From Lytechinus pictus (lineage: Eukaryota), in NCBI RefSeq assembly GCF_037042905.1, contig NC_087253.1, positions 25,296,001-25,360,000 of the forward strand: DNA of 64,000 nt, read 5' to 3'. The notes beneath the pieces are model-generated. The model made no database searches, had not been told where the DNA came from, and was given only the letters and a program-made list of their open reading frames with translations. Positions 60,501-64,000 of the stretch are shown here, one piece after another. Within the stretch, counting starts at the first letter, position 1; each line of letters starts with the position of its first letter. Both the position numbers and the translations under genes were made by a program.

Positions 60501-62134
60501 GAATTTGGACAATGATTTGCCTAATGGAACCACTGGTCCCTGTACAAAGTGTACAAAATTTACAGTACTTTAGTGAGCTGGTTAACAACACTAATTCGTT
60601 TTTAGATTGCAGCGAGGACACGTCAAATTTCTTATAATTTTTAATCTGTACAGGGGCTCTTTTTCTGTGATTAAATTCATTCCAAATTACAAGCCCTTTC
60701 TTTGTATTGAATTTAATGGTAATTCATGCTAGCTGCATGTATTTGTTTCTCCACTTATCAAATGTCTCTTGTCTCTGATATTTTGCAAGACTCTTTATAC
60801 TGCAGACATACAAGTTTAGGAGCCTTTAACCAACAAGCTATGCTTTTACTTTTTTCTCCTTCATATCCACACTTCTCATTTTCTAATGTGATACTTAACT
60901 TACTCTGGGGTGGATCCAGGATTTTCCAGGGGGGGGGGGACAAGCAAAAAAAAGGAAAGAAAAGTACCGGTAAAAGGGTCCTCACTTGTGTATGAACGAC
61001 ATATTCCATTACAAATATACATGTGCTGTAACTTTCATAAGGGGGGGGGGCATACATGTGTAAGAACGGCATAGTTACATTAAAAAAATATTGACTATGG
61101 CTCTCAAGGAGGGGGGGGGGGGCATGGGCCAGATGTGCCCCCCCCCCTGGATTCTAGAACAAACAACAAGGTCTTTATTATTGGTGCTTTCTTAATCAAT
61201 ATTTCTAAAAAAAATTATGCATTTATTTCATAGGGAGATTATTTTATTTAACACTTGTACAAAAATGTGAAATGTTCATGTGAATAAAAAACCTTGAAAC
61301 CTTTGCTTTGTGCTAGTCCATGTACATAATGTATACCAGGGGTTTAAGGGCTATAATACATACAGCACATGTACAGTGTACAGTAGATTATGAATATGAA
61401 ACTAAAACAATCATTAATGAATCATGTACTAGTATAAACAGAAACTAACTGAAGCTTTAGATGCAATAAAAATCCCAAGGTTTTGTTTTCCTTGTACTTC
61501 TGTCTTTGAATGTAAAGTCAATAAATAAAAGGGAAGTTGATAATTTAATTTTCTTTCTTTCTTTCGATACACCCTACATATTCATGAACACATTTATATG
61601 GTTTTAGTCAATAACTGTAGCTTTCTTGGTTGCCCTGCATGAAAACTACTGTGGTTTCATATGCACATGAACATGTTACAAGTAACTTTGAGATTTGTAT
61701 GTTCTTTTTCATACCATTGTTTTAAAGGACCAATATTAAAAGGGGCCATTAAACTTGGACATCCCAATGGGTTTTACTCCACATTAGCTTGAATATCAAT
61801 AATGTTTTGTTTTATAAGGGCCATGGATTTATGCTTGTCTTTCCTTGTTTTATTTTACTTATTCTATTTAAAACAATGTATCCAAAATTTTTGTTTGTAA
61901 TCCCAACAGTATAAAGTCTATTTCATTCTGTCTATGTATTTGTTATTTCGTAAACCCGATGTGAAAGGAATTTCCTACAAAAGACAATAAATATATTCAC
62001 TTTTGACAATTCAATTCAATTCAAAATTGCCTGAAAGGGACTTCTCATGACCTTTTGATTTCACTTTCTCTTTCCTATAGATATTGTATTGCTGTAGGCT
62101 TGAAACACGTATCACCAGGATTTCCCTATATCAG
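57582..62134 (+). CDS. DRAM/Frag1-family membrane protein (DRAM1/2-like), 5' part, with a putative acidic N-terminal extension; continues past 62134
   Basis: Exons 57582-58281 (Glu/Gly-rich), 59476-59629 and 62081-62134; GT-AG, phases 1,2,2. The last two encode MESPRCRCCPSWHPWFFIGLGWLPILVGIFLSLSIVIP|YCIAVGLKHVSPGFPYIS, matching the DRAM N-terminus (GL.FLP......SY..AV...H..P..PYISDTG). The DRAM exons are high confidence; coding status of the acidic exon is moderate. Confidence 0.75.
58765..58930 (+). mobile_element. Truncated SINE core
   Basis: ccttcagcaagaaattta...ccaggttaaagtaaatggg...(ATT)n; same family as 59637-59922. Confidence 0.55.
59637..59922 (-). mobile_element. Full-length tRNA-derived SINE
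   Basis: On minus: tggcccagtgg (A box), ggttcgaatccc (B box), acccaggtgaggtgaatgggtacc core, gctatataaatgcc + (ATT)n tail. Confidence 0.85.
59949..60312 (+). mobile_element. tRNA-derived SINE (36989 family)
   Basis: tggtgtagtggtt, gttcaaatccc, ccacccaggtgtcaaatgggta, ctccccaggga, atccaatgaccgggg, (ATT)n tail. Confidence 0.85.
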
Positions 62135-63494
62135 GTGAGTGCTAGTGTCTCTTCAAGGCCGCACTTTTAAACCCTAGAGTTACGCCGCGCAGCTTTCATA
62201 GGTTCAAAATTAATGTTTGTTTTCTTCTCAAATTGGCAACATTCGTTAATTTTTTTTTAAATCGTATTTGTATTGAGAAAAATTATAGATGGATATACAC
62301 ATAACATGAGTAAGAATTTATGATGACGGGAATTTTAATGAAAAGTTGTCCATTTCCATTTTGTTAAAAATGGGTTTTGACCCGTTATCATTACAGTCCT
62401 AAAATTAGTTTAGTGGAAACCAGTTTATTTGAAGCAATCTTTAAGTGGTCTTCCAAGAAGTTCCAACCCAGTTTGGAAAACCACCTCATGATGTGGTTCT
62501 CAAGAACTCTGTGCTTCAGATTCATTTATTGTTGATCCATGATAAAATACATAGAAATTTGGCCTCCACTGGCTGTACATACAAATGATATAAAGTATAT
62601 ACAAACACAAACAACATATACATTGGGCGAATATATTGAAAGGAAATATATACATAAACAATTCAAACATATATTGCAATACAACATAAGGGAGATGTCA
62701 AATAATTTACCCATTAAAGACAAAGAGTGAGAAACGGCTGAGAGTTAACTAAGAGATAGATGGAAGAGACCATGCAAGCAAGAAGAGAAAGAATTAGTTG
62801 GATAGAAACCAAAGTGGAGAAGGAAAGTGAGCGAAGAAGATAGAGGGAAATCATAGCAGAGAGAGAGAGAGAGAGAGATAGAGAGGGAGAGAAAAAAGCT
62901 TAAACGGAATGATAATTAGGCATTACAAAATTGCAGCGAAGTTACACAGCTGTATTCATACGTTAAAAGTAATTACATAATAAGAAAGAACACATTAAAA
63001 ACCGACTTTGAAGTGCATAACAAGCTGGAAAGGACAGAGGCAAGAATGGGCTGGAGATCGATTACAAGTGTGTTCGAATTGAATTGAGCTAGTTTTGCGT
63101 AGGTGAGGACAAAACCGTTTTTTGGGGTCCACACAGTCTTCACTACTCCACACACGCTTTGTGTAGAATGCCTACAGTACACTGGGGTTTCATATTTCAC
63201 ATGAAATTTGTTACCCCTCTGAGTGTGTTCCCATAGCAACAAGACCACTTTTACGGGAAGTGGTTCTAAAAAAACCAGTTCAGGAGATGGTGATGCGTAG
63301 TCTGCAGGCACAGACCCTGATTGCAACTTTGATCAACAACTGGGTCTCCACGCAAAGACTAGCACATACAAAACTTGCCGTTTCAATTAAGGAGAGGGCC
63401 TTCAGTACACAAGGCATTAGTAGGCTGCACATTCAGACCCTTAACTCGAGTGAAGGGTCACACAGCAGACTAGTTGATGAGGACGCGAGCGAAG

Positions 63495-63732
63495 TGATCT
63501 TCTAAACTGAATTCTCTTCCACAGAGTTTGAAAACCCAGACTTCAGCGACCACCTTCAAGGGCAACCTTAAAACATACCTCTTTTTAAAGAGTGCTTTCT
63601 GATAGACATTGACTTATTGTTCAGACATGTACATGTATTATATGTAAATAGCTTTTGTTGTTCTGCTCTGAAGCGCCTTGAGCATCTGAATCAAGATTGA
63701 AGTGCGCTATATAAATCTCATGTATTATTATT
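63495..63732 (+). mobile_element. L2-type LINE 3' end fragment
   Basis: Encodes NSLPQSLKTQTSATTFKGNLKTYLF, followed by aagcgccttgagc...gcgctatataaat...tattatta. Confidence 0.7.
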
Positions 63733-63823
63733 TCCTACAGTATAAAAAAAAACTGGTTTATTAAAGGGAAACAAGTTCAAGAAGTTATACTGAGAACAGG
63801 GTTTTTGTTGTCTTTACTGTGTA

Positions 63824-63938
63824 AAGGGGCTTTCACAATTGCTTGTGCGATCGTTTGCGATCACTTGGTTACAATATATGTTGCACAGAATCGCAACGGT
63901 TGTAAGAAGTCGCACCACCAATTGTGAAAGGGGCTTTT
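63824..63938. mobile_element. Short palindromic MITE
   Basis: aaaggggctttcacaattg...caattgtgaaaggggcttt. Confidence 0.55.
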
Positions 63939-64000
63939 CATACCAGTTTAAAGCGTGTAATGATAAACTCAAATTAAATGGTTTTTATTACACAACTTTG

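Overview
AT-rich, repeat-dense animal genomic DNA with spliceosomal introns. The repeat types suggest an echinoid (sea urchin), but the taxon is my inference. The ORF track is mostly noise, so genes were rebuilt by hand from GT-AG junctions and reading-frame phase. Four host genes are supported: (1) the 5' part of a secreted M12B/ADAMTS-like metalloprotease (minus, <1-3263); (2) a complete 5-exon, 356-aa divergent SIX-domain plus homeodomain gene (minus, 12238-19006) that resembles vertebrate ANHX (anomalous homeobox) more than Six1-6, the best discovery candidate here; (3) a complete 366-aa CHST11-like Golgi carbohydrate sulfotransferase (minus, 26939-35348); (4) the 5' part of a DRAM/Frag1-family gene (plus, 57582->62134) that appears to carry a ~250-aa acidic N-terminal extension. 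Between genes 3 and 4 is a 12-kb nest. A full-length but degraded Crack/CR1-group LINE is interrupted by a SINE and by a 6.5-kb TAG...CTA element with ~1.3-kb inverted repeats that encloses a much older Gypsy pol relic. The remainder is hAT-, Tc1/mariner- and Harbinger-like MITEs, tRNA-derived SINEs, minisatellites and one assembly gap. There is no CRISPR array, rRNA or convincing tRNA gene. Protein family comparisons are from memory, not database searches.
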